From Polaromonas sp. (GTDB taxonomy: Bacteria > Pseudomonadota > Gammaproteobacteria > Burkholderiales > Burkholderiaceae_C), in the NCBI GenBank assembly GCA_043778205.1, contig JAYWGO010000012.1, forward strand, positions 10,029 through 74,028: a DNA stretch of 64,000 nt, in the 5' to 3' direction. A model generated the notes under the pieces. That model did no database searches. It was not told the DNA's origin and worked only from the letters and a program-made list of their open reading frames with translations. The position numbers and the translations under genes are program-made. Numbering within the stretch: the first letter of the stretch is position 1; the number at the start of each line of letters is the position of its first letter. This document shows positions 39,196-47,463 of this stretch, piece after piece.

Positions 39196-39217
39196 TTTTA
39201 GCATGATTGTGCTAAAA
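39196..39217. promoter_or_regulatory. perfect 8-bp inverted repeat just upstream of the wHTH-MNT gene (candidate autoregulatory operator)
   Basis: TTTTAGCA-tgattg-TGCTAAAA, 9 nt upstream of the start codon. Confidence 0.35.
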
Positions 39218-39456
39218 CAAGCTTCAACGGACTGATTGCCTTGTTTAATACCGCAAGTGTGTTGGCAACGGATCGAGTGCTGTTTTTCCTACAGCACAAC
39301 GAATCACGCAAGCTCTACTTATCTGCGCCACGACCAATACCTGCAAATTCGCCCACAACAAAATGCGTAACTACTCGCAGGCGCGCTGCGACTTGGGTAT
39401 CAGTCATCGGTTTTTGAACACAGATTTGGGGTGCATGCAACGCCGTCGCGTAAAGG

Positions 39457-40924
39457 TCACATCGGACATGCAGCAAATGTTTGCTGGTTTAGGTGGAAAC
39501 ATGCCCCTGAATCTGTCTGAATGTATAACTCATCTTTGACCCAGAACGCATTTTTTGCCAGCCCCAGTTTGTTTAATGCAAAAGTCGTTGGGTCGTTTGG
39601 AGCAGAAGTGGTCGGCGATGGCTTTGGCCCTATGTCTAACCAATATTTACGAAACGAGAACGACCCAGGCCAAAGCGACCCAAACGACCGCGAGAAACTC
39701 CAACCTTCTCCATTGATCGGAAAATTCGTTGCCGGGTCATTAACGTAATGAGCGTCGTTGGTAATGACGCATCGTTGAGCTAAGGTGCATGTGCGATCAA
39801 TGCGTCGGCCAGCGGGAATTATCCAGTCGCTAGCGGGCACAAAGTAGGTAGCGCAAAGCCCATTGAGATAGGCAGTATCAAAACCCCATGCGTTGAACGA
39901 AGCCCAACTAGCGCGATAACAGCGTTCGTTCGATTTGTACACATTGGAGGTATCGATGTAAATATCTCCACGCTTGCTGAAACGCACTGTTTCAACTCGC
40001 TGTTCCGTTATGTTGGAACGAGCAAAACCACCCCCTTTGTACCCAATACCTACCGACACGCCTGTCGCTTTAAAAACAAGCTCAGTACCAGACGAAGCGG
40101 TACCAAGATAATTATTCTCAAGCAATCCAAACGTCATCGTGTTTGCCGGATTCTCAAAATAGTAGTTTTGTTTTGCTGTGCCTAATACGCATGGACTGTC
40201 CCAAGTGCATAGCGCGGCTGTTAACAGGCACGGGGAGTTTCCTTGTAAGCCACATGTTTGCTGCGGCAAGAAAGCTGTATCAACTGTCTTAAAGCTCAGC
40301 TTTTGCTGCGCATCAATCATGATCGCATCTGCGCCCCAATACGGAGAAAAGCCAGCAACGGTTATCGTATAGTTCGTGGCATAGTTCAAGGTGAACGTGA
40401 CGGGAATGTCAATGGTAAAACCGCTTGAACCTCTAGAAATCGCGGGGAAATTTTGCGTACCCTTTGGTCCTTCAAGAGTTACTGTGGCACCGGGTACTAT
40501 CTCCCCCAATGTTCCATTCACAGCGGTAAGTATGTTGGTGCTGGTTTGCCCGTTCGAATATGTGAAAGTTCGGGTTCGTTCATTACCATCCAAATCCGAA
40601 AACTTGAACCGCAACTCCCCCGGGTGCAGCATCTGCACGTTTTTAGGCAGGACAGTCAGACCGATTTTGCATTGCGATGTGCTGGTGTATCCAACTGGTG
40701 CAAAAGTCCCATTTCCACATGGAACGGAAACTGGCGCAGTTGGGGTCGGCGGTGCAACAGGCGTTACTGCAATCGGCGGGGGTGGTGTAGCTGACGGAGG
40801 GTTAGTAACTACAGCAGGCGCTACAGGTGTTGGACTAGAATTACCCCCCCCCCCCCCCTCCGCATGCGACTAATTGAAACAACATGGCAATTGCGCTGAG
40901 AAATTTAAGTGACTTTGAATGCAT
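39457..40924 (-). CDS. low-GC lipoprotein of unknown function, interrupted by a frameshift in a poly-G tract
   Basis: ATG at 40924..40922 encodes MHSKSLKFLSAIAMLFQLVAC (lipobox LVAC), followed by G15. The frame stops right after the tract. The 393-aa track ORF (39457..40638) stays open upstream through a Pro/Thr/Ala linker to the same tract in another frame. Confidence 0.7.
40844..40858 (-). repeat. homopolymeric tract, 15 G on the coding strand (15 C on plus)
   Basis: Counted directly: C run from 40844 to 40858. Confidence 0.95.
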
Positions 40925-41207
40925 TTGCACCGCCGTAATGGTTAGGTAGTTGAATAAATGTAGGTGATCATTCTCAATTTCGACTTTGCCTTCTCAACCA
41001 AATGTGAATGGCTCTGCGTCGAACTGCTTTGTAAATTATGACTCACATTTACACAATTGGCTACACCCTGTGTGACGACTTCACAAATGCGCATGGGCTC
41101 TGCAGCCTTGCAAGCCAACAGGTAGGATGAACTGTAAAGTGCGCTCAAAATATTCAAAGCTCTCTTGGCCTAGGGCGTTTTCATGAAAAAACAGAGCCCA
41201 CGGCAGT

Positions 41208-41570
41208 CTACGCCGTCATGGCTTCCAGCTTGGCAAGCGCTTCGTCCATCACCTCCACAGGAACCGTCTCTATCCGCTTTGCATGTCTGGCCTGCCAGTC
41301 GAGCACGCGGCACTGGCTGATGACGGCTGCGCCTTGGGTTTGCGTGCCTGCCCCCATGAGTGTCACGGCCCAGCCTGCTACCCGTTCAAAATTGCCTTGT
41401 GTGATGGGCGCAACCAATGCGCGGCCTAGGCGGTTAAATTCCTGGTTGGACAGAACCAGCACCGGGCGTGTGCCTTGGATTTCACTGCCTAAAGTGGGGT
41501 CCAGGCTGATGAGCAGCACATCGCCTTGCTTGGGCGTTTTGCCTGCCGGTTTTTGCACTTCGCCACTCAC
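41208..41570 (-). CDS. mazF: MazF/PemK-family mRNA interferase toxin
   Basis: 120 aa. GDVLLISLDPTLGSEIQGTRPVLVLS...LVAPIT. Confidence 0.85.
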   Translation of the reverse strand: MSGEVQKPAGKTPKQGDVLLISLDPTLGSEIQGTRPVLVLSNQEFNRLGRALVAPITQGNFERVAGWAVTLMGAGTQTQGAAVISQCRVLDWQARHAKRIETVPVEVMDEALAKLEAMTA

Positions 41571-41827
41571 AGCGCTTCGCTGCCCACAGGCGGCATGTCT
41601 TGCCAGTTTTGCAAATCAGCGGGCATGGGCATTTTCAAATTACATTGCTTGTTGAGCTCAGCGGCTGTGTAGCGCTTGCGGGTGGGTTTGGGGCGCAACA
41701 CGATAGCGTTGTTGGCGGTACGCTCTACCAGCAAAGACTGGCCTATGAAAAAATCCATGTCGCGCAGCAAGGCCGGCGGCAGCGTGAGGCCCGCAGAATT
41801 GCCCAGCTTGCGGATGATCAGCTCCAT
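41567..41827 (-). CDS. mazE: AbrB/MazE-family antitoxin
   Basis: 86 aa. IRKLGNSAGLTLPPALL (SpoVT/AbrB swapped-hairpin motif). 4-nt overlap with the toxin gene. Confidence 0.8.
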   Translation of the reverse strand: MELIIRKLGNSAGLTLPPALLRDMDFFIGQSLLVERTANNAIVLRPKPTRKRYTAAELNKQCNLKMPMPADLQNWQDMPPVGSEAL

Positions 41828-41895
41828 ATGGCACTCTCTATATCAAACAATGTATGACATTGTGCCACAGAGTTATCCCTCCTGCATTGGCAGCG

Positions 41896-43803
41896 CTAAA
41901 ACGCCAACGCCCGCTCCACAAAGTCCGGTGCCACTTTGGTCTTGGGCACCTTCATATCAAACCAACTGCGCACATTGCTGTATAGCCCGATGCCGTGCAT
42001 GTAGTTGTACAGCGCCTTGTTCAACGCAATGCCTAACGCATCGTGGTCGGTGCCAGTGGGGTCGATGAAGGCGATGTCGTTTTTGGCGAACTGGCCTTCG
42101 GGCAGGGCCACTAGTTTTACACCGTAGTCTTGCGGGGCCATGCCTACGGGGGAGTGGACGGTGCAGGCGAAACGGTGGAAGAAGCCGCTTTGGATGCAGC
42201 CTGCGGCAAAAAGCTGGCGCACATACTCTAGTGCGTCCACCGTGTCTTGCACGGTTTGGGTGGGAAAGCCGTACATAAGGTAGGCGTGCACCAAGATACC
42301 TGCGTCTGAGAAGCCTTTGGTGACGCGGGCGACCTGCTCTACCGACACGCCTTTTTTCATGAGCTTGAGCAGGCGGTCTGACGCGACTTCTAGACCGCCG
42401 CTGATGGCAATGCAGCCGCTGTCGGCCAGCTCTTGGCATAGCGCGGGGGTGAATGATTTTTCAAATCTTATGTTACCCCACCAGCTGATGGCGGTGTTGC
42501 GCGCTTGCAGCTCGGCGGCCAGGGCTTTGAGGGCTTTGGGTGGGGCGGCTTCGTCTACGAAGTGAAATCCGGTTTGGCCGGTTTCGGCGACTATGGCGTC
42601 GATGCGATTTACCAGTTCTTCGGCTGTGGTGCCTTCGTAACGACTAATGTAATCCAGGCTCACGTCGCAAAAGCTGCACTTCTTCCAGTAGCAGCCGTGC
42701 GCCACCGTCAGCTTGTTCCAGCGGCCGTCACTCCACAGGCGGTGCATGGGGTTGAGCATGTCGAGCAGGCTCAGGTATTTGTCTAGCGGCAGGCCATCCC
42801 AAGTGGGCGTGCCTACGTCGCTAAACGGTACGTCGGGCTCAGCTAGGTTGATGTATTTGACCTTGCCACCCTCGTCTGCAGAAGCACGCGTGAACGTGCG
42901 CACCAGCCGTTGCAGGCCACGCTTGCCTTGCACATGCTCCAAGAGCGCAAGCAGCGGGCGCTCGCCTGCGTCCAAGGTGACGAAATCGAAGTAATCAAAC
43001 ACGCGCGGCTCGGCCAGCTCGCGCAGTTCGGTATTAACATAGCCGCCGCCCAGCACCAGGGTGGTATGCGGGCTGTGCGCTTTGATGGCTTGGGCGATGC
43101 GAAAAGCGGCGTAGACCGAGCCAGGGAAGGGAACGGACAAGAGCACAACGGTGGGCTGGTGTTGCGCGAAAGTTTGCAGAGCAATGTCGACGAGTGCGCT
43201 GTCTACCAATGTCAAGGGCTGCGCCAACGCCTCAGCCAGCGGATCAAACGTAGGCTGGCTGCCCGCTAGCGACTCAGCATAACGCACAAACTCAAAGCGC
43301 GGGTCGATCGCGTCTTTCAACACGTCGGCCAGATCGTTGAGATACAACGTGGCCAAATGCCGCGCCTTGTCTTGCGCGCCGAGTGCGCCAAAGGCCCAGG
43401 CCAGCGGGTCGCCGCCCTCGTCGTCTACATACACTTCCAGCGCCTCAAAGCGCGGGCCTTCGGGCAAAAAGCTGCGTGAATTAATGCGGTGGGCCAGGGT
43501 GGAGTCTTTGCCTTGTAAAAAATTGATGGCAGCGGTGATGGTGGCGGCGTAGCGGGGCAATTGCTCCATGAACAGTGCCACGCGCTCGGTGGTTTGCTCG
43601 TGCTGGTCAATTTCAGCGTGAATTTGCTGCAACCCGTCTTTGGAAAACAAACGCAACACCAAAGCCAGCGCCACATCCGCCTGCACCGCATCTACCCCGC
43701 GCGAGCGCAAAAAGCCAGTGATGTAGGCGGTAGACGGGTAAGGCGTGTTGAGCTGCGTCATCGGCGGGATGAGCGACAGCACACGCAAAGGCTTGGGATT
43801 CAT
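41896..43803 (-). CDS. B12-binding-domain radical SAM protein
   Basis: Start at MNPKPLRVLSLIPP (43803). Radical-SAM cluster motif CYWKKCSFCD. The track's 56-codon N-terminal extension overlaps the divergent MNT gene and is rejected. Confidence 0.85.
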   Translation of the reverse strand: MNPKPLRVLSLIPPMTQLNTPYPSTAYITGFLRSRGVDAVQADVALALVLRLFSKDGLQQIHAEIDQHEQTTERVALFMEQLPRYAATITAAINFLQGKDSTLAHRINSRSFLPEGPRFEALEVYVDDEGGDPLAWAFGALGAQDKARHLATLYLNDLADVLKDAIDPRFEFVRYAESLAGSQPTFDPLAEALAQPLTLVDSALVDIALQTFAQHQPTVVLLSVPFPGSVYAAFRIAQAIKAHSPHTTLVLGGGYVNTELRELAEPRVFDYFDFVTLDAGERPLLALLEHVQGKRGLQRLVRTFTRASADEGGKVKYINLAEPDVPFSDVGTPTWDGLPLDKYLSLLDMLNPMHRLWSDGRWNKLTVAHGCYWKKCSFCDVSLDYISRYEGTTAEELVNRIDAIVAETGQTGFHFVDEAAPPKALKALAAELQARNTAISWWGNIRFEKSFTPALCQELADSGCIAISGGLEVASDRLLKLMKKGVSVEQVARVTKGFSDAGILVHAYLMYGFPTQTVQDTVDALEYVRQLFAAGCIQSGFFHRFACTVHSPVGMAPQDYGVKLVALPEGQFAKNDIAFIDPTGTDHDALGIALNKALYNYMHGIGLYSNVRSWFDMKVPKTKVAPDFVERALAF

Positions 43804-43867
43804 GAGGTGATTATCTCGCGAGAAGCATCTAGCGCTAAAGCTGGGCAAACAGGGCGATAATCTGGGC

Positions 43868-44248
43868 ATGTTCAGCGAATTAAAGCTACTTTTTGCCGAA
43901 AAACCTAGAGTCCACTTGGCTGTGGTGTTCGGCTCTGCTGCGCGTGGTGCATTAAAGCCTGAAAGCGACATAGATGTTGCCGTGCTGCGCGATAGCCCGC
44001 TTAGCAGCAGCGAAAAACGCGATTTGGTAGAGCAGTTGGCCGTGATAACAGGCAGAGCCGTTGATTTAATAGATTTGGCTACAGTGGGTCAGCCTTTGTT
44101 GGGTCAAATTATCAAAGATGCTACGCGCCTTAAAGGGTCGAACAGCCAGTTTGCGCAACTTATGGCGCGCAATGCCTTTGAACAAGCCGACTTTATGCCC
44201 TACGTAACGCGGCTTTTGAAAACAAGGCGTATGGCATGGACCGGGTAG
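43868..44248 (+). CDS. mntA: MNT-type nucleotidyltransferase antitoxin
   Basis: 126 aa. VVFGSAARGALKPESDIDVAVL (GSx10DxD). Confidence 0.8.
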   Translation: MFSELKLLFAEKPRVHLAVVFGSAARGALKPESDIDVAVLRDSPLSSSEKRDLVEQLAVITGRAVDLIDLATVGQPLLGQIIKDATRLKGSNSQFAQLMARNAFEQADFMPYVTRLLKTRRMAWTG

Positions 44249-44470
44249 TCCTCGATCAAAAATTAGAATCGCTGCGCAAATGCGTTGCCAGAGTGCAATC
44301 TAAGCGGCCAGCCACCCTCGAAGCGCTGGTGACCGATGTTGATGCGCAAAGCAGTGGGCTTTCGCAATCTTGCAGTGCACAACTACGATACGATTGAATG
44401 GGCGGTGGTGTTTGCCATCGCAACCGAACGTTTAGACGACTTCAAAATGTTTGCTAGGGCTTTTGCCTAA
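44236..44470 (+). pseudogene. hepT: HepT (DUF86/HEPN) toxin remnant with an internal deletion and frameshift
   Basis: Frame 1 from ATG 44236 reads MDRVVLDQKLESLRKCVARVQSKRPATLEALVTDVDAQ and then runs into nonsense and a TGA at 44395. The +1 frame from about 44351 reads AVGFRNLAVHNYDTIEWAVVFAIATERLDDFKMFARAFA-stop, which contains the Rx4H motif. Confidence 0.7.
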
Positions 44471-45372
44471 ACCAGCAGCTTGCCTGCCGCAGCCTTAATC
44501 GCCAACGTCAACCGCCCCGCCTGCGGAGCCTCGCGCTGCCAGTGGTGCCAAAACAGCGGCACGTCCACAAACTGGCCGGGAAACAGGTCTACCAACGCGC
44601 CGCTGGGCACGTCGTGGGGCGCTTGAATATCGGCTTGCATGCCCCAGCCTAGGCCGCTGAGCAAGCCTTGGCGGTAGGCGTCCACAGCGGGAAGGTAATG
44701 GCGCGGATAGCCCAGGTGGGTGATGCCAAAGCATTGCTGTAAAAACTGGTCTTGCAAACTGTCTTTGCGGTTAAAGCCAATGGCGGGCTGGGTAACCAGC
44801 TGGTGCAGGCCCAGGCTGCGCTTTTTGCCCAGCAGCTTGGCCTGCAAGGCGGGCGCAGCCAGGCAGCGGTAGCGCATGGTGCCCAGCGGCTCGGCCACGC
44901 AGCCGCGCAGGGGTGTGGGCAGGGTGGTAACGCAGCCAATCACGTCGCCGTTTTTAAGCCATTCCAGCGTGTGGTCTTGGTCGTCTACCGTCACGTCAAG
45001 CGTGAGCTTGTACTTTTGCAGCGCGGCTTGGATGCCAGGGAAGAACCACGAAGCCAAAGAATCTGCATTGACCGCGACGCTGATGTTTTGGTAAGCCTGC
45101 ACTGCGGTGCTGCTGGCAGGCTGCAGGGTGTGCTGCAAATCGGCTTCTAACAAGCGCACTTGTTTGATGTGGGTCAGCAGCGCCTGGCCTGCAGGCGTAG
45201 CGCGCGCCACTTTGCCCCGCACCAGCAGGCGCTGGCCTAGCGACTCTTCCAGCGCTTTGATGCGCAGGCTGGTGGCGGCTAGCGTGATACGCAGAGTGAC
45301 GGCAGCGGCAGACAAGCTGCCGGTTTGCACCGTGGCATCAAAGGCGGCGAGCTGGCGAGGGTCAAATTGCAT
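44467..45372 (-). CDS. argP: LysR-family regulator, ArgP/IciA type
   Basis: 301 aa. The N-terminal HTH LAAFDATVQTGSLSAAAVTLRITLAATSLRIKALEE and the divergent LysE/ArgO exporter gene support the call. Confidence 0.75.
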   Translation of the reverse strand: MQFDPRQLAAFDATVQTGSLSAAAVTLRITLAATSLRIKALEESLGQRLLVRGKVARATPAGQALLTHIKQVRLLEADLQHTLQPASSTAVQAYQNISVAVNADSLASWFFPGIQAALQKYKLTLDVTVDDQDHTLEWLKNGDVIGCVTTLPTPLRGCVAEPLGTMRYRCLAAPALQAKLLGKKRSLGLHQLVTQPAIGFNRKDSLQDQFLQQCFGITHLGYPRHYLPAVDAYRQGLLSGLGWGMQADIQAPHDVPSGALVDLFPGQFVDVPLFWHHWQREAPQAGRLTLAIKAAAGKLLV

Positions 45373-45377
45373 GTAAG

Positions 45378-45426
45378 TATTAAACCAAATTTAAGCAAAT
45401 GAAGAAATAGTTAATTTGGTTTAATA
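45378..45426. promoter_or_regulatory. 14-bp perfect inverted repeat in the argP-argO divergent promoter region
   Basis: TATTAAACCAAATT (45378..45391), 21 nt spacer, AATTTGGTTTAATA (45413..45426). Confidence 0.45.
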
Positions 45427-45550
45427 TTTTGCACAAAAGACGGATGATGCAACCTAGTTAACAGAATTGCTTCGCCTAAAGAGCGTACAAATGCGCCTAT
45501 CGACACACAAGCTAAGCCGCAAATAACCCAAACTACAAGGAAATTCCCCC

Positions 45551-46177
45551 ATGACCGCTGCTTTCTCAGGCATGCTGCTCAGCCTGTCACTCATCATCGC
45601 CATTGGCCCGCAAAACGCCCATGTGCTGCGCATGGGGCTGCTGCGCTCGCACGTAGGACTGACGGTGCTAGCCTGTGCGGTGACTGATGTGATTTTGATT
45701 GGCATCGGCGTGGCGGGCTTGGCGCAGCTGGGCAGCTTGTCGGCGGGGGTGCATGGCGCGATGATTGGCGCGGCGATGCTGTTTTTGCTGCACTACGGCT
45801 GGGGCGCAGCGCGGCGCGCTGCAGCCAACCAGTACACCGGCTTGTCCGCGGCAAAGCAAGGTGCGCCCGCATCGCGCACCCAAGCCTTGGGCACAGCGCT
45901 GGCGTTTTCGTGGCTTAACCCGCACGCCTGGCTTGACACAGCGGTGCTGATTGGCACGGCGTCGTTGGCCTACGGTCGGCCTGACAACTGGAAGTTTGGT
46001 GCGGGTGCGGCTGCGGGTTCGCTGCTGTGGTTTGTAGCACTAGGCTTGGGCGCGCAGCTGCTGGCCCATAAGCTGGCGCGGCCTGCCGTGTGGCGCGCAA
46101 TTGATGCCACGGTGGCACTCACCATGTGGGGTACTGCCGCGTGGCTGGGCTACGGGTTGCTGCATACCGCTTCTTAA
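45551..46177 (+). CDS. argO: LysE/ArgO-family basic amino-acid exporter
   Basis: 208 aa. N-terminus SLIIAIGPQNAHVLRMGL is typical of the LysE family, with about 6 TM segments. Confidence 0.8.
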   Translation: MTAAFSGMLLSLSLIIAIGPQNAHVLRMGLLRSHVGLTVLACAVTDVILIGIGVAGLAQLGSLSAGVHGAMIGAAMLFLLHYGWGAARRAAANQYTGLSAAKQGAPASRTQALGTALAFSWLNPHAWLDTAVLIGTASLAYGRPDNWKFGAGAAAGSLLWFVALGLGAQLLAHKLARPAVWRAIDATVALTMWGTAAWLGYGLLHTAS

Positions 46178-46191
46178 ATGCCCCGCTTCGT

Positions 46192-46245
46192 ATACTATTA
46201 ATTTAATAGCTAACTATGCAGCATTTCCTTGGGTGTAAAGCATAA
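46192..46245 (+). repeat. triple-palindrome repeat element, copy 6
   Basis: TATACTATTAATTTAATAGCTAACTATGCAGCATTTCCTTGGGTGTAAAGC. Confidence 0.9.
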
Positions 46246-46280
46246 AACGTGTTGGAGAAATTGCCTGTAAAACAAGCATC

Positions 46281-47189
46281 TCACTGTGCAGACCAGTAGG
46301 TTGCCTGGCCGTAGCTGTGTTTTAAAAAATCTACCCACAGGCGCACCCGCAGCGGCATGTGTTTGCGCTGTGGGAACACGGCATAAATGCCGTTAGGCGG
46401 TGCGGCAAATGCGTCCAGCACGGTAACCAGCCTGCCAGCGGCTATATCGCCGTCCACCTCCCAGGTGCTGCGCCAGGCTATGCCGTAGCCTGCCAAACAC
46501 CACTCATGCAGCACCTGGCCGTCGCTGCAGTCCAGCGGGCCGCCGGGGCGCAGGTGCTGCAGCTCGCCATCGATGCTGAATGCCCAGCCACGGGTTTGCG
46601 ATGCGTCGCTGGACAGGGTGAGGCAGTCAAACTTGTGCAGGTCGCTGGGCTGCGCAGGCTTGCCGCGCTGCTGCAGGTATTTGGGGGTGGCTACGCACAG
46701 GCGGCGGTTGTCGGCCAGCCGCACGCTGACCAAGGACGAGTCGGGCAAGTCGCCCACGCGCACGGCGCAGTCAAAGCCCTCGCCTGCCAAATCGACCACC
46801 CGGTCTGACAAATTAAGCGATATCGACACATCGGCATGCAGCTGCCTAAAGCGCGGCACCAGCGGCGCTACGTGCCTGCGGCCAAAGCCTGCGGGCGCGG
46901 TGATGCGCAGGTGGCCGCTGGCTTTGACACCGCCCGCACTCACGCTGGCCTCGGCATTGCCCAGGTCGGCCAGCACGCGCTGGCAGTCTTCTAAAAACGC
47001 GCTGCCCTCGTGGGTCAGGCTGATGCGCCGGGTGGTGCGCACCATCAGCTTGACACCCAAGCGCTCTTCCAGCGCATCGATGCGCCGCCCAATGATGGCC
47101 GCAGCCACGCCCTCGGCCTGTGCGGCAGCGGTCAGGCTGCCTTTGGCGGCCACCGAGGTGAAGGTCTCTAGCTGTTTGAATTTGTCCAC
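46281..47189 (-). CDS. LysR-family transcriptional regulator
   Basis: A GTG start at 47189 gives (M)DKFKQLETFTSVAAKGSLTAAAQAEGVAAAIIGRRIDALEE, the canonical LysR N-terminus. The 29 codons upstream in the track ORF are unlikely to be coding. Confidence 0.85.
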   Translation of the reverse strand: MDKFKQLETFTSVAAKGSLTAAAQAEGVAAAIIGRRIDALEERLGVKLMVRTTRRISLTHEGSAFLEDCQRVLADLGNAEASVSAGGVKASGHLRITAPAGFGRRHVAPLVPRFRQLHADVSISLNLSDRVVDLAGEGFDCAVRVGDLPDSSLVSVRLADNRRLCVATPKYLQQRGKPAQPSDLHKFDCLTLSSDASQTRGWAFSIDGELQHLRPGGPLDCSDGQVLHEWCLAGYGIAWRSTWEVDGDIAAGRLVTVLDAFAAPPNGIYAVFPQRKHMPLRVRLWVDFLKHSYGQATYWSAQ

Positions 47190-47290
47190 AGCGCCATTAT
47201 GGCGGCTGAGCGTACAGCTTGGCTTACACACAGGCCAGGACAGGCTTGGACAGGCCTTGTTCCTTGTTGACACCAAATTTTTGAGGCATT

Positions 47291-47345
47291 TAGCCTACTG
47301 GCCCAAGGAAAAGCTGCACGAGTAGCTATGAAATACATAGTATTC
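47291..47345 (-). repeat. triple-palindrome repeat element, copy 7 (reverse orientation)
   Basis: Reverse complement GGAATACTATGTATTTCATAGCTACTCGTGCAGCTTTTCCTTGGGCCAGTAG. Confidence 0.85.
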
Positions 47346-47463
47346 CTTTGCACTTTGGCACTTTCACGGCGGTTGCGCAGCGCGGCATTACAGCTATTTT
47401 TGTTGCGGATTACTAGCCTTTAGCTAAATTAATCGGCATTGTAGTATCGAATACAGTCACACT

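Noticed and set aside
40942-41157. 71-codon low-GC ORF upstream of the lipoprotein gene, with an LLAC lipobox-like string
   Set aside because: There is no basic n-region or clear hydrophobic core before the Cys, and no motif. It is more likely promoter or leader DNA of the phase-variable gene, and is kept only as a remote possibility.
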